DNA from: an uncultured delta proteobacterium
GTDB lineage: Bacteria; Desulfobacterota; Desulfuromonadia; Desulfuromonadales; CAWBQR01
Assembly (NCBI GenBank): GCA_963791005.1
Contig: CAWBQR010000015.1
Span: 6,553-70,552 of the forward strand
Length of the DNA: 64,000 bases
Reading direction: 5' to 3'
Every line of letters begins with the position of its first letter. The first letter of the stretch is position 1. Position numbers and translations under genes: made by a program. Below are positions 51,635 through 62,842 of the stretch, one piece after another. The notes beneath the pieces are model-generated. The model was not told the DNA's origin, made no database searches, and worked only from the letters and a program-made list of their open reading frames with translations.

Positions 51635-52021
51635 ATGGCCTTCCGAAACCTGATTGTGATGGGACTGCTACTTCTCCCCACGCTTCCGGCCCTGGCCCAG
51701 CAGCCCGAGAACCTCGGCGCCCACCGTTTCGGCGGCATGGAGGAATTCCAAAAGGTGATCGATACCAGATGCACCGCCTGCCACACCCGGGAGAGGGTCG
51801 ATATCGCCATCAGAAAAAGGAAGAATCTCGAGGCGATCGAAAAGAGCATGCTCTCCCGAGGGGCGGTCCTCTCGGAAAGGGACAAAAGGGTTCTCGGAAC
51901 CTTCTGGGGTGAACCGCTCAAGGGGAAAACCCGAGCCCCCTCCTGCCGCCCCTCCTCCCGGCTCGTTAAAACCCTGATCTGCACCTATTTAACCGGCCAA
52001 TCGGCCGGTTTTTTCGTCTGA
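51635..52021 (+). CDS. secreted protein with one CxxCH motif (putative monohaem cytochrome c); C-terminal tail uncertain
   Basis: Signal peptide ..LLLLPTLPALA and motif CTACH. The last ~35 aa look like low-complexity read-through into the terminator AACCGGCC-AATC-GGCCGGTT, so the real stop may be earlier in another frame. Confidence 0.45.
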   Translation: MAFRNLIVMGLLLLPTLPALAQQPENLGAHRFGGMEEFQKVIDTRCTACHTRERVDIAIRKRKNLEAIEKSMLSRGAVLSERDKRVLGTFWGEPLKGKTRAPSCRPSSRLVKTLICTYLTGQSAGFFV

Positions 52022-52115
52022 CCGCACAAATGAAGGTTTTTCTTCCTCTTCCCCCGTGATACCATCTCTACCGTTTGTTGCGAAAGGAACGTTCGGACTC
52101 GGAAGGGAGGGGGAA

Positions 52116-52802
52116 ATGCACCGAATCAAGGATTGGCCGGAGGACGAACGTCCCCGGGAAAAATTGCTCAAAAACGGCCCGGAGGCTCTGAGCGACGCGG
52201 AGCTTCTGGCTCTCGTCCTGCGAACCGGGGACGGAGTCTCCCGGACCAGCGCCCTGGATCACGCCCGATTACTCCTGGCCCGGTTCGGTTCCCTGCGCCA
52301 GATGGCCAGAGCCACCATCTCCGAACTCTGCCGGGTCAAGGGCATCGGACCGGCAAAGGCTGCGGAGCTTCTGGCGGTCTTCCAGATTGCCCGCCGCTTC
52401 GGCGTTGAGGAGCTGCGGCCCGGCAGCCGCTATTCCTGCTCCTCCGAAGTCTTCCGCCATTATCACGAGCGGCTCCGGGACCGGAAAAAGGAGGTCTTCC
52501 TGGCCCTGCTGCTCGACAGCAAGAACCGCGTCATCCGCGAAGTCCTGGTTTCGGAAGGAAGTCTCACCGCCAGCATCGTTCATCCCCGGGAGGTCTTCGC
52601 CCCGGTGGTGCGCGAATCGGCAGCCGGCGTCCTCTTCGTCCACAACCACCCCTCCGGCGACCCCACCCCCAGCCGAGAAGACCTCGAAATAACCTCACGT
52701 CTGAAGGAAATCGGCGACCTTATGGGAGTGCGGGTCCTTGACCACATCATCATCGGCAGCGGCGACTACGTCAGCTTCGTCGACCGGGGGCTTCTGGTCT
52801 GA
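52116..52802 (+). CDS. radC: RadC-like JAB-domain protein
   Basis: MHRIKDWPEDERPREKLLKNGPEALSDAELLALVLRTG... and the JAMM motif HNHPSGDPTPSxED. Confidence 0.9.
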   Translation: MHRIKDWPEDERPREKLLKNGPEALSDAELLALVLRTGDGVSRTSALDHARLLLARFGSLRQMARATISELCRVKGIGPAKAAELLAVFQIARRFGVEELRPGSRYSCSSEVFRHYHERLRDRKKEVFLALLLDSKNRVIREVLVSEGSLTASIVHPREVFAPVVRESAAGVLFVHNHPSGDPTPSREDLEITSRLKEIGDLMGVRVLDHIIIGSGDYVSFVDRGLLV

Positions 52803-52996
52803 CCAGGGAGGCTGCCCTGTTCGCCGGCGATCCCGGTCTCCGAAATTCCTTGCTCCCTGCGGCCAAAAGTGGTATCCCCTTGGAGCCTGTCGGACTGGGA
52901 AATCGTCACGAGAAAATATACCTTTTTCACTGTCGATTCAGGTCGAGCCCCGACAGGCTCCTAGAGCCTCATCCGTTTCTGTCAGGAGATTTTGCC

Positions 52997-54157
52997 ATGG
53001 GTATCCTTGCCAATTCCGCCAGCATCTGTCAATTTCACCTCCAGGGGGTGACTCCCGGAGAGGACCTTTATGCCTGGGCCTCGGAGAGGCTCGCCAAAAA
53101 CCGCTTCCGCCCCATCGACCAGTCCGCCGAAGAGCTCTCGGCCGGATGGGTCCACGTGGACGATTTTCGTCTGGCCTCCTTCGATTCCCCGGCGGACTTC
53201 CAGCGGGACCATTATCTGGTCTTTTCTCTGCGTTGCGATCGCAGGCGCATCCCCGCCACCTTGTTCAAGGCTCATCTGCGCAAGGCCGAAGAGGATTTCC
53301 TGTCAGCCAACCCCGGCTTTCACAAGGTCCCCAAACAGAAAAAGGAAGAACTGGCCGAGGCGGTACGCGGCGACCTTCTGTCCCGCACCCTTCCGACCCC
53401 CTCCCTCTACGATGTCGTCTGGGACACCCGCTCCGGCAAGGTTCTGTTTGCCAGCCTCGGGACCAAGGCGGTCGAACTCTTCGAGGTCCTCCTCAAACAA
53501 ACTTTCGACGGGGCCCGGCTCATCCCGGTCCACCCCTTCTCCCGCGCCCGGGAAGTCCTCCCCCCCCGCCTTCTTCCGAGCCTGGAGCAGGCCGACAGGG
53601 CGAGCTCCGAAGCCGTCCTGGACCAGATACAGGGCAACAGCTGGATCGGGACCGATTTCCTCCTCTGGCTCATGTACCGAAGCATGAACGAAGGTCAGAG
53701 CTTTCTCGTCTCCCGGGAAGGCCCGGGGGGAGTCGGGGATGACTTCGCAGCGTACCTGGATGACCGCCTGATCCTCCAGGGCGAGGGAGAGAACGGTCGT
53801 CAGAAGATCACCGTCACCGGCCCCCAGGACCACTTCGACGAGGTCCTCACCGCCCTGCAGCACGGAAAAGAAATCAGCGAAGCGGTTCTTTACCTGGAAA
53901 AAAAAGAAGACATCTGGAAGATGTCCCTGAAGGGCGAGAGCTTTCATTTTGCCTCTCTGCGCACCCCTCCCGTCCAGTTGGAAAAAGACGAGGCGGTCGA
54001 CCCGGAGATGGAACGCCAGGCTGTCTTCTTTGAAAAAATGGCTCTCCTGGAGGAATGCTTCCAGCTTTTCGACAGCCTTTACGCGGCGTTTCTGGAGGAA
54101 AGATTCAGCCCCGACTGGGGCGAAAAGGAATCGGCCATCAAGCAGTGGATTGGGTGA
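52997..54157 (+). CDS. rdgC: recombination-associated protein RdgC
   Basis: ATG 52997 follows AGGAG. MGILANSASICQFHLQG...ELSAGWVHVDDF...; about 386 aa with RdgC-like N-terminal signature and length. Confidence 0.65.
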   Translation: MGILANSASICQFHLQGVTPGEDLYAWASERLAKNRFRPIDQSAEELSAGWVHVDDFRLASFDSPADFQRDHYLVFSLRCDRRRIPATLFKAHLRKAEEDFLSANPGFHKVPKQKKEELAEAVRGDLLSRTLPTPSLYDVVWDTRSGKVLFASLGTKAVELFEVLLKQTFDGARLIPVHPFSRAREVLPPRLLPSLEQADRASSEAVLDQIQGNSWIGTDFLLWLMYRSMNEGQSFLVSREGPGGVGDDFAAYLDDRLILQGEGENGRQKITVTGPQDHFDEVLTALQHGKEISEAVLYLEKKEDIWKMSLKGESFHFASLRTPPVQLEKDEAVDPEMERQAVFFEKMALLEECFQLFDSLYAAFLEERFSPDWGEKESAIKQWIG

Positions 54158-54162
54158 AGGGC

Positions 54163-54196
54163 AAAAAAAAGGCGGTCGCTAGACCGCCTTTTTTTT
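54163..54196. terminator. bidirectional rho-independent terminator between convergent rdgC and frdB
   Basis: AAAAAAAA-GGCGGTC-GCTA-GACCGCC-TTTTTTTT. Confidence 0.85.
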
Positions 54197-54217
54197 GCCT
54201 TTTTTATCCGGACAAGC

Positions 54218-56889
<2,672 letters not shown>

Positions 56890-56905
56890 TGTAGAACCCC
56901 CTTGG

Positions 56906-57577
56906 TCAAATCACGCGAAAAAAGAGCGCGATGGGAATGATGATGAAGCCGAACATGACCACGAACGCCACCACCCGACTGAGCTTTTCGAGCCCGGGCT
57001 TGGTGCGGTCATTGGTCCATCCCAGGGACTGAAAGAAACTTTGGAATCCGTGGGAGACGTGCAACAGCAGAATGATCATCGCCACCGCGTAAACCAGCGC
57101 GATCCCGAACTTGTGGAAGGAGGTGGACACCATGGCATACACGTTGAAAACAGGGTTCCCGGCGAGGACGGTTGTCATGGCGTTGAATTCGGGGTTGAGG
57201 GCGTGAACGGTAAACTGCAGCAGGTGGTACACCACGAAGGCCAGCAGAAGGAGACCTGTCCAGATCATGTTCTGGGCCGAGAAGGAGGTGCGGTCGTTCA
57301 CCTTCTTGGCGTAGGCGACCGGCCTTGCCGCCTTGTTTTCCAGGTAGAGGGTGATCCCCATCCAGATGTGCAGAATGAAGGCAAACGCCATCACCGCCCG
57401 GAAGCCCCAAAGAAACGGCGGAAACGCCCGCAGGTGCTCCGCGTAGCCATTGATCCCGCTGGGTCCTGCAAAAACCGACAGGTTACCCAACATGTGAGCG
57501 ATGACGAACCCAACCAGGATCAATCCCGTCACACCCATGATGTACTTCTTACCCAACGAAGTCTTGTACCATCGCAT
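56906..57577 (-). CDS. frdC: fumarate reductase/succinate dehydrogenase dihaem cytochrome b subunit
   Basis: Start [19 protein letters not shown] at 57577. Five TM helices with conserved His (..VIAHMLGN.. ; ..FILHIWMG.. ; ..VVYHLLQF.. ; ..LLLHVSHGF..). Confidence 0.85.
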   Translation of the reverse strand: MRWYKTSLGKKYIMGVTGLILVGFVIAHMLGNLSVFAGPSGINGYAEHLRAFPPFLWGFRAVMAFAFILHIWMGITLYLENKAARPVAYAKKVNDRTSFSAQNMIWTGLLLLAFVVYHLLQFTVHALNPEFNAMTTVLAGNPVFNVYAMVSTSFHKFGIALVYAVAMIILLLHVSHGFQSFFQSLGWTNDRTKPGLEKLSRVVAFVVMFGFIIIPIALFFRVI

Positions 57578-57659
57578 GGCTATCCTTCCCTTTCGAAAGA
57601 AAAAAGAAATTTTAACGGGGCGAAGCATATCAAGGAATGTCGGGCTTATCAAGAATTTT

Positions 57660-57674
57660 TTGTATACAGCATAC
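57660..57674. promoter_or_regulatory. 15-bp palindromic operator TGTATACAGCATACA (copy 1, frdC side)
   Basis: Exact reverse complement of copy 2. It lies 83 bp upstream of the frdC start. Confidence 0.55.
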
Positions 57675-57915
57675 AATTGTTCTGTACCCGGCTAACCAAT
57701 CCGAACGATCCCATCCTTCCTTTTCACGCAACACCCCAAGGACCTTGCCGAACCTGTCATTCAACTTGTTTCGAACCGGGTTTTATTTATTTAATCTCTC
57801 TCCGACGGCCAGCTACGGACAACGACGCAAGGGAAGCGTTAATACAAGTAATCCGGTACGGCCCGCTTTCCCTCGACCGCCCGGCCGGAGCAGAAAACCC
57901 ATAGGGCAAAAACGG

Positions 57916-57945
57916 TTGACAATCTAACGACCACCATGCTATTTA
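57916..57945 (+). promoter_or_regulatory. sigma70-like promoter for the atp genes (TTGACA-18-TATTTA)
   Basis: TTGACA at 57916-57921 and TATTTA at 57940-57945. Confidence 0.45.
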
Positions 57946-57969
57946 ACACGGGTTTTACCTCAAACTGAC

Positions 57970-57984
57970 TGTATGCTGTATACA
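57970..57984. promoter_or_regulatory. 15-bp palindromic operator TGTATGCTGTATACA (copy 2, atp side)
   Basis: It lies between the predicted -10 element and ATG 57992. Confidence 0.55.
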
Positions 57985-57991
57985 CCCAGGG

Positions 57992-58249
57992 ATGGCCGAA
58001 GACAAGAGAGAACTATACAAATCGCTGGGGTTTTTATCCAGCGTCGGAATATCCATGGTGGCCTCGACCTTTATCGGTCTGGCCATGGGCTATTTCCTGG
58101 ATAAGTGGCTGGGGACTTCCCCCTGGCTCACGCTTATCTTCCTCGGCCTGGGGATCATCTCCGGCTTCCGCAACATCTTCATATTGACGGCGCGGGAGTT
58201 GAAGCGCCAGGAAAAGGAAGACCGGGAAGACGGTGACGGTGGAGGATGA
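57992..58249 (+). CDS. atpZ: AtpZ/AtpI-type small membrane protein of the F-ATPase operon
   Basis: 85 aa with two TM helices. It is the first gene of the atp cluster. Confidence 0.7.
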   Translation: MAEDKRELYKSLGFLSSVGISMVASTFIGLAMGYFLDKWLGTSPWLTLIFLGLGIISGFRNIFILTARELKRQEKEDREDGDGGG

Positions 58250-58613
58250 AAATCTGCTGGGGCAAATCGCCCGGGGCAACTGGATCGTTCTCTCCTGTCT
58301 GGTTCTGGCGAGTCTGCTCTGGAAATCGATCTCGATTTCCGCAGGCGTCCTGTGCGGCGGGCTGCTGGCCATCACGGCCTATCTGTGGCTGTATCGCTCC
58401 CTGAGGCGAATACTGGCCGAACCGTCGCATCTTTCGGCTCGCAGGTTCCAGGTGAACTACTTTTTTCGCCTGGGCTTCCTGGCGGCGGTTCTTTTTGCCC
58501 TGATAACCCAGGTCAAGGTGAACCCCATCGCCTTGGCGGTCGGCCTTTCGACCGTCGTGATCAACATAATCTGGACCACCCTAAAAAGATCGTTTTCCAC
58601 GAGGAGGCAGTAG
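58233..58613 (+). CDS. atpI: ATP synthase protein I
   Basis: 126 aa, GTG start, four hydrophobic segments. It lies immediately upstream of atpB. Confidence 0.65.
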   Translation: MTVEDENLLGQIARGNWIVLSCLVLASLLWKSISISAGVLCGGLLAITAYLWLYRSLRRILAEPSHLSARRFQVNYFFRLGFLAAVLFALITQVKVNPIALAVGLSTVVINIIWTTLKRSFSTRRQ

Positions 58614-58619
58614 CAGGCC

Positions 58620-59294
58620 ATGATACATCCCTTTCTATTACTCAACTGGCTTGAGAATCATCTTCACACCCACTTCGGCGAACATGTGATGTACACGTGG
58701 CTGGTCATGCTCATCCTCATCGTGCTGGCCTTTATCACCTCCCGTTCGGTTCAACTGATGCCCTCCGGAATCCAGAACTTCATGGAATCCATCATCGGCG
58801 GGATCGAAAACCTCCTCGACGAGACCATGGGCGAAAAAGGCAAGCCCTACTATCCCCTGATTGCCACCATCGCCCTATTCATTCTGGTATCCAACCTTCT
58901 CGGGCTCGTTCCAGGCTTCTATCCTCCCACGGCCAACCTGAACACCAACGCCGCGATGGCCCTTACCGTTTTTGCCATGACCCACATCGTCGGGGTAAAA
59001 GAGCACGGCATCGCTTACCTGAAGCACTTCATGGGGCCAATCATCTGGCTCGCCCCCTTGATGTTCGTCATCGAGATCATCGGCCACCTGGCTCGCCCCC
59101 TCTCCCTGTCGCTTCGTCTTTTCGGCAACATGTACGGACACGAAATCGTCCTGATGATCTTTCTGGCCCTGGTGCCCTTCCTGCTGCCGGTACCCATGAT
59201 GATCCTGGGTGTCCTGGTGGCCTTCATTCAGACCTTCGTCTTCACCCTGCTTGCGATGATCTACATCGCCGGCGCTCTCGAAGAAGCACACTGA
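58620..59294 (+). CDS. atpB: F0F1 ATP synthase subunit a
   Basis: ..[19 protein letters not shown].. carries the essential Arg motif. 224 aa. Confidence 0.92.
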   Translation: MIHPFLLLNWLENHLHTHFGEHVMYTWLVMLILIVLAFITSRSVQLMPSGIQNFMESIIGGIENLLDETMGEKGKPYYPLIATIALFILVSNLLGLVPGFYPPTANLNTNAAMALTVFAMTHIVGVKEHGIAYLKHFMGPIIWLAPLMFVIEIIGHLARPLSLSLRLFGNMYGHEIVLMIFLALVPFLLPVPMMILGVLVAFIQTFVFTLLAMIYIAGALEEAH

Positions 59295-59365
59295 TTCCGC
59301 TTCGGCGGGTCAATTCGTCCTATATCGAATAGGAACAACAAAGACCACAGGAAAGGAGAAACAAA

Positions 59366-59632
59366 ATGGAATTTTTCGCTTGGTGTGTAATGGCTGCCGG
59401 TCTCGGCATGGGTCTCGGCTCCATCGGGACCGGAATCGGCCAGGGCCTGGCTATCAAAAGCTCGGTCGAAGGGGTCGCACGCAACCCCGGGGCCAGCGGC
59501 AAGATCCTGACCACCATGATGATCGGTCTGGCCATGGTTGAATCCCTGGCCATCTACGTCTTCGTCGTGGCCATGATCATCCTCTTCGCCAACCCCTTCA
59601 CCGCCCAGGTTGTCGAACTGGCGGGCAAGTAA
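59366..59632 (+). CDS. atpE: F0F1 ATP synthase subunit c
   Basis: ..GIGQGLAIKSSVEGVARNPGA..MIGLAMVESLAIYVFVVAMI.. is a hairpin proteolipid with the carboxylate Glu. Confidence 0.92.
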   Translation: MEFFAWCVMAAGLGMGLGSIGTGIGQGLAIKSSVEGVARNPGASGKILTTMMIGLAMVESLAIYVFVVAMIILFANPFTAQVVELAGK

Positions 59633-59666
59633 AAAAGAAACAAAAGCTTCGCATACGCATCAAAAG

Positions 59667-59700
59667 AACAGGAGGCCCGAAACGGCCTCCTGTTTCTTTT
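59667..59700 (+). terminator. rho-independent terminator after atpE
   Basis: AACAGGAGGCC-CGAAAC-GGCCTCCTGTT followed by TCTTTT. Confidence 0.8.
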
Positions 59701-59954
59701 GGGACTCCACTATCAGATTTGGGCATTTCCCATTAAAACGATATGGTATATTTTTCCTATTTTACTCATGAAGGTTTTCCTCGAAATCTATTCCATTCAG
59801 TATATTTTTTCCCCCATCTGTATTAACCCTCTTGCCTCCACATCGTCTTGCTTATCCCATCTTCCCTTTTTCTAACCATTGGCTTCTAGCTAAACCCCTT
59901 TCATTACAATCGTACATCTATTTATCGCAGGTTTTACCTAAGGCTCTTTTCACG

Positions 59955-59983
59955 TTGACATCCGGAAGGCATTGTGCTAATCA
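59955..59983 (+). promoter_or_regulatory. sigma70-like promoter upstream of the cbcL-like gene (TTGACA-17-TAATCA)
   Basis: TTGACA at 59955-59960 and TAATCA at 59978-59983. Confidence 0.4.
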
Positions 59984-59998
59984 AAGCAGGTTGCAGAG

Positions 59999-60013
59999 TG
60001 TATGCAGTATACA
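59999..60013. promoter_or_regulatory. 15-bp palindromic operator TGTATGCAGTATACA (copy 3, cbcL side)
   Basis: One central mismatch to copy 2. It lies just downstream of the predicted -10 element. Confidence 0.5.
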
Positions 60014-60106
60014 ATTTATGTTTTTTCATGAAACCATTCGTCATTCAGGGGTTTTTAGGGCGCGGGTATTTCCTCTGTCACTTCGCTAAGTAATCGCTTA
60101 AAGAAT

Positions 60107-60259
60107 GATGCTTTTGCAAAAACTCAATTGGATGGCTAAGCAAAAAATTTCGTCCTGCAAGGCCTGGTGGTTTTTCAGGAGCGAAGGCCTAAACCAGGCA
60201 GGTCAAGGCCCTGAAAAAACGCCGCAACGCCGTAGGGCGGACTTTTTGCGACGCCATCA
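60107..60259 (+). repeat. MITE-like repeat family, copy E (full length, reference orientation), inside the cbcL-like leader
   Basis: GATGCTTTTGCAAAAACTCAATTGGATGGCTAAGCAAAAAATTTCGTCCTGCAAGGCCTGGTGGTTTTTCAGG...CCCTGAAAAAACGCCGCAACGCCGTAGGGCGGACTTTTTGCGACGCCATCA. It ends 29 bp before ATG 60288. Confidence 0.8.
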
Positions 60260-60287
60260 AGGATGCCATCTCGTTAAAAGGAGTACC

Positions 60288-62156
60288 ATGATCATGTTGC
60301 CGCGTTTGTTCCGACCTATCCTGACTCTATGCCTTCTGTTATTCATTTTTGTTTCACCGGCCCTGGCCGCAAACGGCCTTGTCGCCGCCCCCGAAACCTG
60401 CCTGGAGTGCCACGGCGACGTGGTGTCGGCAAAGGATTTCGCGGGCTCGGTGCATGGTCAAAACGGCTGCACCAGCTGCCATGTGGAGGCCTCGAACCTG
60501 GAAGCCCACGAAGAAGGCAAGGTCATTCCGGGCAAGGTCGATTGCACGCGCTGTCATAAGAACGTCGCCTCTCAGTTCATCACCAGCGTGCACTATGAAA
60601 ACGGGCTCTCCTGCAGCGATTGCCATTCCAATATCCACACCATCACCCCCTGGAAGAATGACAAACGCAAAGTCGTGGCAAAGTGCACCCAGTGCCACGA
60701 CGACAAGAAGGTCTACCGCAATTCCATCCATGGCAAGGCTGTCTTTGCCGGCAACCAGGACGCCGCGGCCTGCAACGACTGCCACGGATTGCATGCCATC
60801 AAGAACCTCGGAAAGGCGAAATCCTTCACCAACCGCGAATTTCACACCCAGGTCTGCCTCAAGTGCCACGCCGACAAAGAGATGATGAAACGCAACGGCG
60901 TCACCACGGTGGCGGTGCAGACCTACATGGAGAGCTACCACGGCAAAAACTACCGGCTCGGCTTTCCCCAGCTGGTCGCGGGCTGCGCCGACTGCCACAC
61001 CGCCCACGACGTGCTGCCGGTCGACAACCCCCAATCGAGCATCAACCCGGCCAACCGGGTGAAAACCTGCCAGCAGTGCCACAAGAATGCCACCCCGCTG
61101 TTCACCAAATTTTATCCCCACGGCGAGCACAGCGACCGGGCCAAGTTCCCCATCCTCTTCTGGACATTCGTCAGCATGAGCGGGCTGCTGGCCGGCACCT
61201 TCGCCGTATTCTGGATCCATACCCTGCTGTGGATGTTCCGCGGGTTCGTCGAGAACCGGGAGAAAAGACGGGCGCTGATGGTTGACGAGCAGCCCCATGA
61301 AGTCTCCGGCGCTCACCAGATCTACCGCCGTTTCTATCCGAGGCACGTGTTTCTTCACCTCCTGGTCATCATCAGCTTCCTGGGACTGGCCTTGACCGGG
61401 TTGCCCCTCAAGTTCGCCGACCAGCACTGGGCCATGGTCCTGATGGATTTCTACGGCGGAACCCACAAGGCCGGCCTGATCCACAGGGCCTGCGCCGGGA
61501 TCACCTTCGTCTATTTCGCCAGCGCCATCCTGATGAGCATCCATTTCCTCTTCATCCGCAAGGACATCAAGGGCAATTGGCTGCAGCGGTTGTTCGGTCC
61601 CGATTCGCTCTGCCCCAACCTGCGGGACATCAAGGACATTGTCGGAATGGTCCGCTGGTTCCTGTTCCTGGGACCCAAGCCCTCCTTCGAGCGCTGGACC
61701 TACTGGGAAAAATTCGACTTCCTCGCTGTCTTCTGGGGTATGTTCGCCATCGGCGGTTCGGGTCTGATGCTCTGGTTCCCCACCTTCTTCGGGTCCTTCC
61801 TGCCGGGCTGGATGTTCAACGTGGCGACCATCATCCATTCGGACGAGGCCCTGCTGGCCACCGGCTTTATTTTTACCGTCCACTTCTTCAATACCCACGG
61901 ACGGCCGGAGAAGTTCCCCATGGACTTCGTCATATTCAACGGCGAAATGACCAAGGAGGAGTTCATCGAAGAGCGCGGCGACCAGTGGAAACGCTACGAA
62001 GAGACCGGCGTCACCGAGTCTTACCGCAAATCGCGTCCGAGCCGGATCCTCTATGACTTCTTCGTCAAGGGCTTTGGCTTCCTCGCCCTGTTCACAGGCA
62101 TCTCCCTGCTGCTCCTGATGCTCTATGCCTACCTGGCCGGGGGCCATAACCTCTGA
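60288..62156 (+). CDS. cbcL: nine-haem c-type cytochrome fused to a HydC/FdnI-like dihaem cytochrome b membrane domain (CbcL-like)
   Basis: ATG 60288 follows AAAGGAG, and a signal peptide is present. Nine CxxCH motifs: CLECH, CTSCH, CTRCH, CSDCH, CTQCH, CNDCH, CLKCH, CADCH, CQQCH. About 330 aa with multiple TM helices and conserved His follow. Confidence 0.8.
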   Translation: MIMLPRLFRPILTLCLLLFIFVSPALAANGLVAAPETCLECHGDVVSAKDFAGSVHGQNGCTSCHVEASNLEAHEEGKVIPGKVDCTRCHKNVASQFITSVHYENGLSCSDCHSNIHTITPWKNDKRKVVAKCTQCHDDKKVYRNSIHGKAVFAGNQDAAACNDCHGLHAIKNLGKAKSFTNREFHTQVCLKCHADKEMMKRNGVTTVAVQTYMESYHGKNYRLGFPQLVAGCADCHTAHDVLPVDNPQSSINPANRVKTCQQCHKNATPLFTKFYPHGEHSDRAKFPILFWTFVSMSGLLAGTFAVFWIHTLLWMFRGFVENREKRRALMVDEQPHEVSGAHQIYRRFYPRHVFLHLLVIISFLGLALTGLPLKFADQHWAMVLMDFYGGTHKAGLIHRACAGITFVYFASAILMSIHFLFIRKDIKGNWLQRLFGPDSLCPNLRDIKDIVGMVRWFLFLGPKPSFERWTYWEKFDFLAVFWGMFAIGGSGLMLWFPTFFGSFLPGWMFNVATIIHSDEALLATGFIFTVHFFNTHGRPEKFPMDFVIFNGEMTKEEFIEERGDQWKRYEETGVTESYRKSRPSRILYDFFVKGFGFLALFTGISLLLLMLYAYLAGGHNL

Positions 62157-62185
62157 TTTTCATCAGAGCCGCTTCTGACAAAAAA

Positions 62186-62213
62186 GGGGTTGCCGTTTCG
62201 GCAACCCCTTTTT
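62186..62213 (+). terminator. rho-independent terminator
   Basis: GGGGTTGCC-GTTTC-GGCAACCCC followed by TTTTT. Confidence 0.85.
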
Positions 62214-62229
62214 CCCTGGAGGATATCCA

Positions 62230-62445
62230 TTGCGAAAAGACCTCTGGCTGGGCGTTTTGGCCCTGGCCATCTACATCGTGGGGGGACTCGGCATCTTTAG
62301 CGGGATGGGCCTGATAGCCTTCATGAAAGGCCAGGACCTCTGGGGGTGGGGGGAAGGCCGCAGTATCGGCTACCTGTTTCTTTGTGTCGGCGCAGGGCTC
62401 TCGGTTATGGGCGTGTTGCTGATGCGCATTTTCCGCAACCGCTGA
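62230..62445 (+). CDS. small two-TM membrane protein (71 aa), hypothetical
   Basis: TTG start with two hydrophobic helices. Coding status is uncertain. Confidence 0.35.
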   Translation: MRKDLWLGVLALAIYIVGGLGIFSGMGLIAFMKGQDLWGWGEGRSIGYLFLCVGAGLSVMGVLLMRIFRNR

Positions 62446-62681
62446 CCGGTCCTCAGGTCAAAGACCCCTTTCACCAACTTACCCGTCGGGGCCGGCCCAC
62501 CCGCAGGCCGATAGCCTTCGTAGTCTTTCCCCAGCCGGAATGCGCTTCGTTTTCCCCGCGCGCTATCCCAGCATTCCTGTCTTTTCCGGCAGCTTTCATC
62601 CTCTCCTTCCTTCTCGCCAGTCTACCGCCGAAAAAGGTCGCAATTTGAACAGGTTTTAAGATTTAATCCACACTCGCAGGG

Positions 62682-62711
62682 TTGACAAACATTGTTTGTT
62701 GGTGATATAAA
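62682..62711 (+). promoter_or_regulatory. sigma70-like promoter (TTGACA-17/18-TATAAA) with an embedded 7-1-7 palindrome ACAAACA-T-TGTTTGT
   Basis: TTGACA at 62682-62687, palindrome at 62685-62699, ATATAA/TATAAA at 62705-62711. It lies about 130 nt upstream of ATG 62843. Confidence 0.5.
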
Positions 62712-62842
62712 TCCTTGCTTTAAAAGGGCCTACGACCCTGCGGAACGTTCTTCCTGCGAGCCTGCTGTTATCCTCCGCGGATCTCCATCTATTCGATTAA
62801 TCAGGTCAATAACACTCAGATCAGAGAAAAGAGGCGAAGCAA

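Noticed and set aside
62712-62842. GEMM-type (c-di-GMP/cGAMP) riboswitch in the leader of the ImcH-like cytochrome gene
   Set aside because: Such riboswitches are plausible in front of Geobacter cytochrome genes. However, I could not find the GGCAAACC / CGCAAAGCC-type conserved elements or the tetraloop-receptor pattern.
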